Below are positions 35,998 through 46,518 of a stretch of DNA of 64,000 nucleotides, in pieces. A program made the position numbers and the translations under genes. Under the pieces are notes generated by a model that had not been told where the DNA came from, did not search any database, and saw nothing but the letters and a program-made list of their open reading frames with translations. The stretch is taken from the sequence record NC_042100.1; one strand, 5' to 3'. The stretch's first letter is position 1. Each line of letters starts with the position of its first letter.

Positions 35998-37536
35998 TTA
36001 TGCATCAAAATCATCAAATTCGTTACCGTCAGCATCAAGCTGGACTTTGAATGAACGACGACATTGGTTCTTACCATTAATGTCATGCACCAACCCTTTG
36101 GTCGGGTCGAGATCATAAATGCCAAATCGATCACTCATTGGTGAGCCTTCACCGCCACGAGCCTTACCTAAAGACCAAGTGAAATAAGCTTTATCACCAC
36201 CCGGTTTAGCAACGTGGAATGTGAACTCGTAATCCACTTCGTTGGTGATCTTCGTAGACGTTTCCGTCATGGACTTACCACCGACCTCGCGGGCAAAGTA
36301 AAGTTCTGATTCATCGTCGGCTTCTCGTAAGTGCTTCTTCGCTTCTGGAGATAACTGGTGAGGAGTAACAAACGCTATACCGCGGTTTACCATAAAGGCG
36401 CGAGTTCGACGATATAAGTCTTGTAGTTTATCGCCCTTAGTTTCGCCCGTCATTCCTTTTAAGTCCGCCATGGCTAAGTAGTCATAAGCGTAGAAAATGA
36501 TCTCGTGACCTTTCATCTCCAACTTACGGATACGGTCAGTGATGTTGTAGTAGTTATCTTCGGTTGGGTTAACTCGGTTGATTTTCAACACCCACCCATT
36601 TTCAGCAAACGCGTCGATAATCACCTTAGCGATTTCAGCAGCAGGTGTGGTGGCAAAGTCCCCCACTTCACCCGTCTTGTTAACCATGATGAGTTTGTAG
36701 ATGCGTTCGATGATCACATCCAATGCATCTTCTGCTGAGTCCAACAGTACCGTAGGAATACGACTACGATCCCGTAACATCGGTTTGTTGTATAAACCAA
36801 CGGAAGCTACTACGTGACCTAGACCAAATGATTTACCACGGTTGGTTAGTGCGTTGATCAAATAGAACTTACCGCGACGTAACCCACAGTCAGGCCATAA
36901 CGCTCGGTTCATTCCCTGTAGACCTAATTTAAGAACACCTTCCGCTGAGGATTCTTCTTTGGCTCGCTCGATGATTTTAGTGAATGAATCCGGGTCATCC
37001 GTATCAACGGATTCTACTAGTGATGGGTCGGTATCTCCCAACATCTTTTGAGTTAACTGATCTTCAATCATGTCAGCCAACGCTGCCCACTTCTCTTTGG
37101 TCATCTTAGATGGATCACCGAAGAAAGGTTCTTTGATCGCTTCTTTAAAATCCAATCCAAACTTTTCATCCGCACGTGCTTTACGGATTTCTTTGATGTG
37201 TTGGTAGATAACTTGACGAGTGCGTTCTTCTGATGGATAGTCTTCCAGACCGTACTCAATACTGCTTTTTAATTCAGGAGCTTCTTTAGAGAAATCTAGT
37301 ACACGCTGCATTAAGTTTGATTTTATGACCGGTTCGTCTTTTGGCTGGTCCAGAACCCACTTAATGGTGTCCCTGATTGAAACCTCTATCTTTTTGTCTT
37401 GGGTGAAAACATCACCCTTTGCCTCAGGTATGAGCGCTAAGGTATCGAGTAATTCTTGTGTCAAGGATTCGTCGGTCAGCTTGCTCGCTTGATAGAGAGA
37501 CGTTAGTATCTTGACTAATTGTAACAGCGGACTCAT
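35998..37536 (-). CDS. dnaB: DnaB-like replicative helicase (phiKZ gp118-like)
   Basis: Walker A LINALTNRGKS, Walker B IIFYAYDYL, TPHQLS and KARG motifs of SF4 helicases. Located just upstream of the capsid gene, as in phiKZ. Confidence 0.85.
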   Translation of the reverse strand: MSPLLQLVKILTSLYQASKLTDESLTQELLDTLALIPEAKGDVFTQDKKIEVSIRDTIKWVLDQPKDEPVIKSNLMQRVLDFSKEAPELKSSIEYGLEDYPSEERTRQVIYQHIKEIRKARADEKFGLDFKEAIKEPFFGDPSKMTKEKWAALADMIEDQLTQKMLGDTDPSLVESVDTDDPDSFTKIIERAKEESSAEGVLKLGLQGMNRALWPDCGLRRGKFYLINALTNRGKSFGLGHVVASVGLYNKPMLRDRSRIPTVLLDSAEDALDVIIERIYKLIMVNKTGEVGDFATTPAAEIAKVIIDAFAENGWVLKINRVNPTEDNYYNITDRIRKLEMKGHEIIFYAYDYLAMADLKGMTGETKGDKLQDLYRRTRAFMVNRGIAFVTPHQLSPEAKKHLREADDESELYFAREVGGKSMTETSTKITNEVDYEFTFHVAKPGGDKAYFTWSLGKARGGEGSPMSDRFGIYDLDPTKGLVHDINGKNQCRRSFKVQLDADGNEFDDFDA

Positions 37537-37581
37537 AAATGCTCCAATTTAATGTATATCTTTAAAGGTTAAAGGTTGAAT

Positions 37582-38148
37582 ATGAAATTTGTGAATAGTG
37601 GTCTGGCGGCACCTCAAAAAGTGTGGGTGGTTACCGACCAACAGTTACTCAGTTTGGATACAGCAGGTATAGGATTTGATCGTTTGTTCGAATTACCTAC
37701 CCTGCATGAACTAATGCCTGAACAGGACATTATCGACTTAGCATTAACCCAATACCGTGCTGGTTTAAAGTTAGATGTCGAAGTCGGAAATGTGTTTGAA
37801 CGTTTTGATGATGACTATAAAGATATCCTGCTCAGTAAAATTAAAACTGAACAGAAAGGTCTTTCTAAGATCGAACACTTTAAGGAATTGAAGAACTACA
37901 GTAAATTCTATGTACATAACACTAATGACATTTTAGTGTTGGTGCTCTCGGGCAATGAAGTGCCTATGAATTATATTAGTGGACTATGTGCTTCGTTCAC
38001 TGAGCTACACGTGCAAACGTTTTCTGAAGCGATGTTGAAAGCGCTTTATCAAATTCACGGTTACACTTACCTTCATCATAAAGAGTGTTGTCGTGAATTG
38101 ATAGACGGAGAGTTCAATTTAGCCAAAGTCTACAAGGCGCTAGTTTAG
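37582..38148 (+). CDS. Hypothetical protein (between helicase and capsid genes)
   Basis: ATG 37582 after SD aagg. 188 aa. Confidence 0.65.
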   Translation: MKFVNSGLAAPQKVWVVTDQQLLSLDTAGIGFDRLFELPTLHELMPEQDIIDLALTQYRAGLKLDVEVGNVFERFDDDYKDILLSKIKTEQKGLSKIEHFKELKNYSKFYVHNTNDILVLVLSGNEVPMNYISGLCASFTELHVQTFSEAMLKALYQIHGYTYLHHKECCRELIDGEFNLAKVYKALV

Positions 38149-38152
38149 TATG
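38149..38152 (+). promoter_or_regulatory. Possible late promoter TATG for the capsid gene
   Basis: TATG directly after the upstream stop, about 95 nt before the capsid ATG. Short motif. Confidence 0.35.
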
Positions 38153-38247
38153 TTGTAACATTCTATGTGCAACAAAAGCACAAACAAATATTTGTTTATG
38201 TTTTATCCTTAAAATAAAATACATTTTTTCGATAAAGGAAAAGAGTA

Positions 38248-40443
38248 ATGAAAAGAAATATCGTAGCTCAGCTGACTCCTACTTCAGCGAGCGTTTACAC
38301 AGCAATTAAGAACGGCCTAGAAGCAGGCGCATTCTCATCTGTATCTGGCGTAGAGAGCTTCACAGATGGTTCTCAAACCCTTGACTCTGTGATGGGTTCT
38401 GAATCTTTCGCTAGCGGTACAGTAGGCGAAACTATCAAAGGTCTTTCTGGTGAACAGAAATTCTCAGTAGTTAGCTCTATCCAACGTGCACTGGAAAACA
38501 AATCTGTCACTGGCATGGAATCTCTGATCCGTGAAGAAGAGCGCGTAGCTGGTCTTGAAGGTTTCTCTTGGGCTCAGTCTCCGGGTCACTCTGTAGAAGG
38601 TAAGGCAGCATCTATCACACTGAACGCACTAGCGCACCGTCAAACTGACGCAGCAGAAGCGATGTTCAAGACTGTGACTGTTCCTTACGAAACAGAGCAA
38701 CTTGAGTACACAGTTCGTACATCTGGTCTAGGTCGTTACATCTACGGTGCTTCTGCATTTGATTCAGCGTCTCAACTACAACCAGTGACTAGCCTACTAC
38801 GTCAGTCTAAGTACTTCCTAGACGACACACTAGAGCTAACTCCGGTTTACCCAACGGCTTCTGATTCTCCAGCTCGTCCACTGTTCGTTGACGAAGCAGA
38901 CTTCACACCTTGGGAAAAGTCTTACTCAAACGCAGACGCACTACGTCGTACGAACCACCTAACTTCGTACCTACGTACTGGTAAGACAATCACTAACCTT
39001 CTTGGTCTAGCTGAAACTCCGGGACAAACTCCGTTCGATCATTCAACTGACGAAATCGAAGCAAACTCTATCACAGTACAGAAAGTTCTTCTGAAAGTTA
39101 CTGTAGATGGTAAAGATGAAGTTCTTGTAGTACCTACTAACAACTTCACTAACTCTTCTTTCGGTGTAACGTCTAACGGCCACAGCTCTGACGATCGTCT
39201 ACTAAACATGGTAGTACGTGGTCTTCCTGTGAAAGCGTTCCAAAACAAAGACGGCGGTGAAACATCTATCTTTGATCCAGTGCAAGCAGGCGGCGCTAAA
39301 GCGTACTTCAGCTTCACTCTAGGTGGTACTTACCAACGTCAACAAAACACAGTTCAGACTAGCGTGTCTGATCTAAACATCGATTACATCGAACTTGACG
39401 GCGTTAAGCACAACCGCGGTACTAAGTCTACAGCAGCAAAAGCTCTGTTCGCTAAATACACTAACGGTCAAGTGATCGGCTGGTTACCTTCGTACAATCA
39501 CAACAACGTTAACCGTACTAACTTCGGTTACCGTGTTGAAGTGTTCGATGCACACAAAGTGATGAACGTTCGCCGTGAAACTCCTATCTCTGTGAAATAC
39601 CCAGTTGATAAGAACGACGTGAACGAGCAGTCTCTAAGCTTCGCTATCGAAGAGATGAACACTATCCTGCAAGCACAAACTACAGCTAAAGCTTACCAAG
39701 CTGCTGAAGGTCACATTGCACGCGTAGCATCTCTACACGGTCACGCGATCGTTGGTAACGAACAGTCTGCATCTGTAATGGCAGGTATGCACTTCGTTAA
39801 CGCTTCTTACCTACATCGTACGATGAAACTGTCTGAAGCAGTATCGGCGCTTGACTCTACTACAGTTCTAGAAGCTGTAGAGAAAACGCTAACTATGAAC
39901 ATCACAGAGCTTTGTGCAGCACTAAGCACTGTGTCTGGTCTAGCGGCTATCTCTGAGTACCGTCGTATTGACAAGAAGTGGGTTATCGTTGGTCACCAAA
40001 ACCTAGCACGTTACATGATCCGTCAAGGTGATGCACGTACTATCGGTGCTGGTATCTCGTTCCAAGCGATCGAGTCTAACCTAGACGACATGATCGGTAA
40101 GTTCTACATCTTCCCAGAATCTGAAACTAAAGATTCTAACATCGACGTGATCGGTGGTATGGGTGTGATGGTGTCTAAAGAACACCAAGTGATCCAAGCG
40201 AACCTAACTCGTAACAACGCGGACTTCGGTATCGTGATCACTCAACCTGCATACAAACACCACTCTGTATGTCCAATCGTTGGTGTACTAGAGATCGAAG
40301 ATGCTAAGCATGCGGTTAGCGAAGAAGGTCTTATCCGTTACCTATCTCAACAACGCGTTAAAGTTACTAACGCTTCTGAGTTCCCTGAAGCGGGTGGCAC
40401 TTCTGGCGCAAGCGCAGACGAAAACGCTGGTAAACTACCATAG
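38248..40443 (+). CDS. Major capsid protein precursor (phiKZ gp120-like)
   Basis: 731 aa with extreme codon bias. The N-terminal propeptide has GVES, GSES, GMES and GLEG sites. IGWLPSY...NRTNFGYR and QPAYKH motifs. Synteny with the helicase and RNAP subunit. Confidence 0.9.
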   Translation: MKRNIVAQLTPTSASVYTAIKNGLEAGAFSSVSGVESFTDGSQTLDSVMGSESFASGTVGETIKGLSGEQKFSVVSSIQRALENKSVTGMESLIREEERVAGLEGFSWAQSPGHSVEGKAASITLNALAHRQTDAAEAMFKTVTVPYETEQLEYTVRTSGLGRYIYGASAFDSASQLQPVTSLLRQSKYFLDDTLELTPVYPTASDSPARPLFVDEADFTPWEKSYSNADALRRTNHLTSYLRTGKTITNLLGLAETPGQTPFDHSTDEIEANSITVQKVLLKVTVDGKDEVLVVPTNNFTNSSFGVTSNGHSSDDRLLNMVVRGLPVKAFQNKDGGETSIFDPVQAGGAKAYFSFTLGGTYQRQQNTVQTSVSDLNIDYIELDGVKHNRGTKSTAAKALFAKYTNGQVIGWLPSYNHNNVNRTNFGYRVEVFDAHKVMNVRRETPISVKYPVDKNDVNEQSLSFAIEEMNTILQAQTTAKAYQAAEGHIARVASLHGHAIVGNEQSASVMAGMHFVNASYLHRTMKLSEAVSALDSTTVLEAVEKTLTMNITELCAALSTVSGLAAISEYRRIDKKWVIVGHQNLARYMIRQGDARTIGAGISFQAIESNLDDMIGKFYIFPESETKDSNIDVIGGMGVMVSKEHQVIQANLTRNNADFGIVITQPAYKHHSVCPIVGVLEIEDAKHAVSEEGLIRYLSQQRVKVTNASEFPEAGGTSGASADENAGKLP

Positions 40444-40474
40444 TCTTTCGTCGTTAACGTGAGTTAACAAAATC

Positions 40475-40519
40475 AACTACCCCTCCTGCTTTCGGGCAGG
40501 AGGGGTAGTTACCATTTTT
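40475..40519 (+). terminator. Capsid gene terminator
   Basis: 15-bp stem AACTACCCCTCCTGC/GCAGGAGGGGTAGTT followed by ACCATTTTT. Confidence 0.85.
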
Positions 40520-40525
40520 GCTAAA

Positions 40526-40552
40526 TTTTTACAAATCTATATTATCTTTGTG
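40526..40552 (+). promoter_or_regulatory. Putative early promoter, copy C
   Basis: TTTTTACAAATCTATATTATCTTTGTG, nearly identical to copy A. Follows a terminator. Confidence 0.6.
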
Positions 40553-40624
40553 ATGCATGACGATGTATCGTTTTAAATTACTTAATTAAGTTTGAAGTAC
40601 ATTAACCTCATGAGGAAATATATT

Positions 40625-41695
40625 ATGTCTGTAAAGATTCCTTCTAACTACGTGGAAAGACCACACCTTTATAACAATCACCGTGCTCCACATCGTGAAT
40701 ATCTCAACATTGAAGTCGTCAACTATACGACGAGTAATGTCTATGTCAAACGCGGACCGTATAACACGATCAGCAAACCTTTGACGATAGTCGAAGACGA
40801 ACGATGTTGTGTAGAGTTCGAAGTAACGTTTTCTTTTAACTTTGAAAACCGTCCTTCTTTTTACGAACCAGAAACCCCCTTGGATATTTACATCATGTCT
40901 AAGATCAGGGAGTATTACCGTAATAAGTCGGAAGAAGAACTCATCGCGTATGGCGGGCAAATTAACGGGAGATTCCTTATCGGTGTTGGTCGAGCCAACT
41001 TAGGGGAATACATAGGAAGCGATGGTGGGATCCACTCTCGGCTTTTAGGTATTTCCGTTTATCCTTTCTTAGATGTTCCAGAGGACTTCCATAAAAGTCC
41101 ATCCCCTTACTATGGTCCAGTGACAACGGACGAAAATGGTAATCGGATAGACAGTCGTTCTCCGACCCAAGTCATCTACGAGTATTACAACAACTCCAAT
41201 CCCGAAGCGACGATTTATACGCCCGTGAATGGTAGGGTGTTGAAACTCGTCCCTAAGCAGGACCCGAGTATAGAAGATGGAATTAAAATGACAGTCGTTT
41301 CTCCCCTTGGGAAGAAAGAGTCGTTTATAGAACTCCCCGATTCTTTTAAAGACCGGGATAAGTTCTTTAAAGTACTCGAAGAAAACAATTTCTATTTGTC
41401 TTCTTCCGACGCATTAGAATCCATAAATAGTAAATCTTTACAGCAAGCCTTATCTATGGTGTCCCAACTGCAAAAAGAGTTGAAGGCATCACAGAAGGAA
41501 ACCCTTAATCTGAGGGAAGCACATGGTAAGCTTAAGGATGCTAACAGCAAACAACAAATAAAGCACGAACAAACATCGTTATGGAGTAAATTGTTGGAAA
41601 CAATCATCAAAGTACCCTTTACGATAATCGCGCATTTGTTGGAAGTCAAATTAACCCAAGTCTTAGGACCTAAGTTATTAATGGCGGTTCTGTAA
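40625..41695 (+). CDS. Hypothetical conserved protein with C-terminal coiled coil
   Basis: SD gagga before ATG 40625, downstream of the track's start. Precedes the RNAP subunit. Confidence 0.7.
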   Translation: MSVKIPSNYVERPHLYNNHRAPHREYLNIEVVNYTTSNVYVKRGPYNTISKPLTIVEDERCCVEFEVTFSFNFENRPSFYEPETPLDIYIMSKIREYYRNKSEEELIAYGGQINGRFLIGVGRANLGEYIGSDGGIHSRLLGISVYPFLDVPEDFHKSPSPYYGPVTTDENGNRIDSRSPTQVIYEYYNNSNPEATIYTPVNGRVLKLVPKQDPSIEDGIKMTVVSPLGKKESFIELPDSFKDRDKFFKVLEENNFYLSSSDALESINSKSLQQALSMVSQLQKELKASQKETLNLREAHGKLKDANSKQQIKHEQTSLWSKLLETIIKVPFTIIAHLLEVKLTQVLGPKLLMAVL

Positions 41696-41738
41696 TCTTA
41701 TCCGTGTGTGACCTCAACAATAATAAGAGGAAACACAA

Positions 41739-43412
41739 ATGGACCCGAGGTTACTAGATGCTATCGACGATACCATGCCCCGTTTTAATACGGAGTTAAC
41801 CAAAGGATTCCATGCACGTCAGTTCGAAGATATCGAAAAATGGTATGAACGGCAATTACGCATGATCCTAAAGTCGTTAGAATCGAAAGGGGTGAAATTC
41901 CACGGATTAAAGCCCGTGCGCCCTGATGAGATGTTCAAGGTCATCAGCGAAACGACTCAGAACAAAACCTTTGAGACCAATAAAGAATCTTTATATCCGA
42001 CTAGGTTAGACATTTCTTATACTGATAACCAAGGTATAGAACGTGTGTTCCCTAACATCTACGTCATGTTACCTTTTACAGACGAGTACGGAGACATCTA
42101 CATCAGAGACTCTTTATGCTCATTGCAAATCGTTTTAGCAGACCGAGGTCTAAGTGTTACCAAAGATGAACAAATCTTTGTAAGAATCCTAGGTTACAAG
42201 TTCAAAATAGGAACAGAGAATATCGGATTCGTCCGAGTGTTCCCTGCACCTAATGGCAACCGTATTGTGCCTATGCAGTTAAACTTACCTGCAAACCGCT
42301 TTTATACACCAAAAGAAGCATGGCGCGTGAACCCTAAGAAAGTGCCTGAGCCTTTATTAGCTTGGTACATGTTCGCGGAATACGGTGTAACTGAGACAAT
42401 GAAAAAATATGGTGAATGCGAAATCGCCGTAGGGGATAGTGACGTCATTAGTGACACCTACCCTGAAAGTGAAGGCTGGGAAATCTACGCAAATAGTGGT
42501 CGTCGTTCGGAAAGACAGTTAACGAAGAACTCTATTTACAATTCCTTTGCGATTGCGGTTCGTCCAGTCAATCGTAAACGGAAAGAAATTCCTACCGTAG
42601 CATTACAATACGTAGCAAGTTTAATATTCTTGTTTGATTGCGGTTCCACGCTAGTTGATCTCGATCGACTAGATGACCGAATGTTCTGGCGTTTGATTAT
42701 CGGTATGTCATCCATGTCCTCTCGAGGCGGTGCGGATAACATATTACGACAAATGAAAGACCATTTTCAAAGCATCTATGAATACATGGATGAGAGTTCA
42801 ATCAAGCGCTTTGCAGCGCAACGAATTGTTGTGAATGATATGTTCGATTTGTTCAACTACATCATCGCAAACCGTACTGAAATTGTCAAGACTGTCGACA
42901 GAGCAGACATGCTCCATAAAGAAGTCTGTTCATTAGAGTACACTATGGATCGTCTCATCGTCCGAGCTAATCGTTTTAAACACGAAATTAAGAACATCAC
43001 TGATCTGAACACGAGCAAGGTAGGTCACACTATCGTCCGCTGGTTTGGTTTAAGAGACATAGAACCCGCTGCCCGAGAATCAAACATGGTGCAAGAATCA
43101 ACTCCGACAGACTGTCCTTTAGTGGACTACGTATTAGGGGTGATGACGCAAGCCAAGGTTTGTTCAACACGGGGAAGCAAACGCGCTGGCTTTAACGTCA
43201 GTGATCCGGCTAACAGTATTCATCCGTCGTTGCCGTTTGCTATGTCTGCTGAGCGTATTACAAAACCGGATCCAGATGGTCGTGGGTACCTAAGCCCGAC
43301 GGTCAAGCTGAATCTGTCTAATTGTATTGTGCTCGATCCAAAACTTCGGGATTTGTATAATGCTACTGCTGCTCGTTTGACGACACGTCAGCCGAGAGAC
43401 AACCAAAAATGA
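41739..43412 (+). CDS. Non-virion RNA polymerase beta-like subunit, N-terminal part (phiKZ gp123-like)
   Basis: 557 aa. MPRFNTELTKG, IYVMLPF..YGDIYIRD, LADRGLSV and DGRGYLSP motifs. Position two genes after the capsid gene. Confidence 0.85.
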   Translation: MDPRLLDAIDDTMPRFNTELTKGFHARQFEDIEKWYERQLRMILKSLESKGVKFHGLKPVRPDEMFKVISETTQNKTFETNKESLYPTRLDISYTDNQGIERVFPNIYVMLPFTDEYGDIYIRDSLCSLQIVLADRGLSVTKDEQIFVRILGYKFKIGTENIGFVRVFPAPNGNRIVPMQLNLPANRFYTPKEAWRVNPKKVPEPLLAWYMFAEYGVTETMKKYGECEIAVGDSDVISDTYPESEGWEIYANSGRRSERQLTKNSIYNSFAIAVRPVNRKRKEIPTVALQYVASLIFLFDCGSTLVDLDRLDDRMFWRLIIGMSSMSSRGGADNILRQMKDHFQSIYEYMDESSIKRFAAQRIVVNDMFDLFNYIIANRTEIVKTVDRADMLHKEVCSLEYTMDRLIVRANRFKHEIKNITDLNTSKVGHTIVRWFGLRDIEPAARESNMVQESTPTDCPLVDYVLGVMTQAKVCSTRGSKRAGFNVSDPANSIHPSLPFAMSAERITKPDPDGRGYLSPTVKLNLSNCIVLDPKLRDLYNATAARLTTRQPRDNQK

Positions 43413-45892
43413 GTCATCAAAATCCAAACTTCCCATCGCGTCCCGGTACACCGGTAGGTCGAGAAATCGGTTCTACTCAAAACTGGTCGCAATCCCAACC
43501 TCAGCAAAACATGATGCCGACAATGGGAACGGGTCAACCTTCAAACATGGGTATGCCGGGAACGGGACAGCGCCAAATGTCCCCGTTAGACCAATTGCAA
43601 TCCATGATGCGGTCAGGCCAAGTTAAAAACAACTTTTCGTATGAGGAACGTAAAGGTAGTACTAACATCGACTATTCTTCCGTTGACAGTTTCATTAACG
43701 GCGGAACAGATGGTGAGAAAAGTCAAAGTGAACTAATGTCGTTACGTCGTGAGGACGCAAAGAACGCCGTTGCTCCGTTGATCATGCACATCGCAAATGA
43801 ATACGCGTTAAGAAACTCACGATTCAAAACCGTTGAGTTAATGATCACACAGTTTGCTATGAAGTTCACCGAAGGTCATCCAGTTAAGACCGTGCATAAA
43901 TACTGGGAGATGATGTGTAATAACTCCAATATGCGTCAGGCCATCGGCTTTAACGTTGGTACTTTGTTTGCCCACCAAATGGCGACAGGTATCATGCACG
44001 AAGCCGTCCCAGATTCACGTCAAAGTGAATTACTATATCAAGGTTGTATTGACAACATCTTAGCGATCGAGTTATGTCGTTGGTTAACCCAATCGCCGAG
44101 TGCTCGCGCTACATTACAAGAAGAAGGCCCTATTGGGGTTCACTTCCGTAAACGTTTGTTAGATCAATACCGTGATCGTGCACCGTCTATTTCAGACTCA
44201 TTTGCGTTTATGGGGATCGATTCCCCGTACGATGGATTTGAACCGAAACTGGAAGAAACACTGGACCACGCAAGTGATCCAGCCAACTACGTGATCAAGC
44301 AATACGCTCGACCACCAGAACCTTACCACCAACCAGTTGCTGATGCCTTTCAATATCAACCGTCTCCAGAGTCCCGTACTCCGGTTACCGACATGTTGTT
44401 TGAATTGAATCGCTTAGAACAAGAAAACCTTGCTAAGCAAACAACTGAACAATCACAACAACGTTCCCCTCAATCTTACTACCGTGAAGAAACTCTTCCA
44501 GAGACTAACACGAGTTGGACAGATGATGAGGACGACGCACCGTTAGTATTCGGTGAACCAACTGTGATCCAAGACGACTTTTACGGTATGACTCCTGATA
44601 ACCATCATAAGTACAACTGGAAAGAACGTTTAATTGCAGTACCGCATACTAATTTATTCACTACTGATGAAGAAATGCTCGAAGTACTACGTGATGCTTT
44701 CTTCCGTGGTAGTTACCGTTACATGCGTTCGATCCCGGGTTACGTAACAGTGTTCACTCTGGATGAAAATGGTTTACCTAACGGTGACGACTACTTGATT
44801 AACATAAGAGGGAGATCAGTGGAAACTTTCCTTACTAATCCAGAGTTACTATTACCTCATCTGAAAGAAACTGAAGACGGTATCGTAGAAGTTCGAAACG
44901 TAGACCTAGTGGTAGACGAGGAAGAACAATACGACCTAGACGCAGTGAAGATGGCGGCAATGGAAGATCGTGAAGCGCGTCACACTTTGATTGAAGAAAT
45001 CGCAGTACGTGATCTCGAAGAACAAGATCGTGAAGCAATGCACGTTCACACCGTGGGTACTCGTAAGGGTATCATGCACGCAACGACCAACATTGAAGTC
45101 CACCATGAGTCAACTCTAATGAGTTCTCCTTCGGCGGTTACTGAAGTGTATCGTTGTTTATCTATGCTGGTTAAAGATCGTCCGGTGAATACATCGTACT
45201 TCGACTTTATCCGCAATGTGTACCACACTATCGGTCGTCAGTTTATTGAGGAGGGTGAATTAATCCGAATCATAGACACGTACCTTAAGACTGAACTAGA
45301 ACGTCACATGATTGATCGTTATGGTTACAGCAACGATCCTAAGAGCAACCACTATTTCCAAGTACACACTCTGACGGATTGTTTTGATGATTTAGAAGAC
45401 GAAATCCTTAAGCTTTGTCCTGAAGCACATGCTGAACTGTCTACTAATAAAACATCACAAACACTTATTTCGAAATCTCAATGTTTTGTTGATCGAGTGG
45501 AAGCACTTCGTATACTAACAGCGAACATTCGTCCTAAGTCCCGCACTCGTGCGGTAGAAGAATACGACGCAGCGATGCGTGTGCTATTCGTTCGCGAAGT
45601 TATCATCACTCGCATCTCTAACATGGCTCCACCGGTCAATAGCGCTGGAGAGTCCATAGCAATTGTGAAACGCAGTGAAGTTCCTAGCCTGTTCAAATTG
45701 ATCAGTACCGCTTACGGTAGTGCGTCATCTAAGTTGAAACCGGGTGCGGAACAGATCATCGTGTTCACTGATGCAAGTGACCAACGTTGGACATTCCAAA
45801 CTAACCGTTACGATGGTGGTAACGTAGGTACTCTACGTAAGCTTAACCGCCAAGATCGTTTAGGGTTGTTGGATTTGATGGTAACCAATTAA
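43409..45892 (+). CDS. Large conserved hypothetical protein with Q/M/P/G-rich N-terminus
   Basis: 827 aa with ATGA overlap on the RNAP subunit. Confidence 0.75.
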   Translation: MSHQNPNFPSRPGTPVGREIGSTQNWSQSQPQQNMMPTMGTGQPSNMGMPGTGQRQMSPLDQLQSMMRSGQVKNNFSYEERKGSTNIDYSSVDSFINGGTDGEKSQSELMSLRREDAKNAVAPLIMHIANEYALRNSRFKTVELMITQFAMKFTEGHPVKTVHKYWEMMCNNSNMRQAIGFNVGTLFAHQMATGIMHEAVPDSRQSELLYQGCIDNILAIELCRWLTQSPSARATLQEEGPIGVHFRKRLLDQYRDRAPSISDSFAFMGIDSPYDGFEPKLEETLDHASDPANYVIKQYARPPEPYHQPVADAFQYQPSPESRTPVTDMLFELNRLEQENLAKQTTEQSQQRSPQSYYREETLPETNTSWTDDEDDAPLVFGEPTVIQDDFYGMTPDNHHKYNWKERLIAVPHTNLFTTDEEMLEVLRDAFFRGSYRYMRSIPGYVTVFTLDENGLPNGDDYLINIRGRSVETFLTNPELLLPHLKETEDGIVEVRNVDLVVDEEEQYDLDAVKMAAMEDREARHTLIEEIAVRDLEEQDREAMHVHTVGTRKGIMHATTNIEVHHESTLMSSPSAVTEVYRCLSMLVKDRPVNTSYFDFIRNVYHTIGRQFIEEGELIRIIDTYLKTELERHMIDRYGYSNDPKSNHYFQVHTLTDCFDDLEDEILKLCPEAHAELSTNKTSQTLISKSQCFVDRVEALRILTANIRPKSRTRAVEEYDAAMRVLFVREVIITRISNMAPPVNSAGESIAIVKRSEVPSLFKLISTAYGSASSKLKPGAEQIIVFTDASDQRWTFQTNRYDGGNVGTLRKLNRQDRLGLLDLMVTN

Positions 45893-45902
45893 TAATAATT
45901 AC

Positions 45903-45934
45903 AAGAGAGGGTCTTCGGACTCTCTCTTATTAAT
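45903..45934 (+). terminator. Intrinsic terminator
   Basis: AAGAGAGGGTC-TTCG-GACTCTCTCTT followed by an AT-rich tract. Confidence 0.75.
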
Positions 45935-45951
45935 TTCAGGATTTTTTTAGT

Positions 45952-46515
45952 ATGTTAATTAAGAAACTACTTTACCCAAGAACTGTGGATGGGTTTTTGG
46001 ACCAATTAGAAGAAAAAGTAATGGCGTTGAGTTCGGTTAAAACCAATAACTATTACGACTTGGTGTTTGCCACCTTACGTGAAGAATACGAAAACTGGAT
46101 GGAGTTGCGTGTTTTTCCTAAGATCAAAGAACAACGTCAAACGGTTCGTTTAGTGAATGTGTCGATAAAGACCAACAACCGTAACCGTGAGCGTTTGTTC
46201 TTCCGCTTACCTGTTGTTGTGGGTAGTCGAATGGATAAGAAAGAGTGTAGTAAGAAAAATCATTTTTGTCGAGGTTATGACGAAACCGACTTGGATTTAC
46301 TAAGAAAGTCTTCACCACTCCTAGTCAGTTACCACGATACCCCCGTGCACATCCGTGGATTGACTTCTCCGCACAATTTCTACACTAATGTAGAGTTTTC
46401 CTTAGTACGACGTAACACGGGCTTACAGCGCCGTATAGATCGTTTAAGAATGTGGGGACCACATTTACCTTGGGTTAGAAACAAAAACCTTTTGAAACTA
46501 CCAGTGAGACACTAA
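45952..46515 (+). CDS. Hypothetical basic protein
   Basis: 187 aa, SD agga. Confidence 0.6.
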   Translation: MLIKKLLYPRTVDGFLDQLEEKVMALSSVKTNNYYDLVFATLREEYENWMELRVFPKIKEQRQTVRLVNVSIKTNNRNRERLFFRLPVVVGSRMDKKECSKKNHFCRGYDETDLDLLRKSSPLLVSYHDTPVHIRGLTSPHNFYTNVEFSLVRRNTGLQRRIDRLRMWGPHLPWVRNKNLLKLPVRH

Positions 46516-46518
46516 GTT

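Noticed and set aside
35998-43412. Intein, intron or homing endonuclease in the helicase or RNAP subunit
   Set aside because: Both ORFs are continuous and of ordinary length, with no C/S...HN splice motifs or LAGLIDADG/HNH signatures seen.
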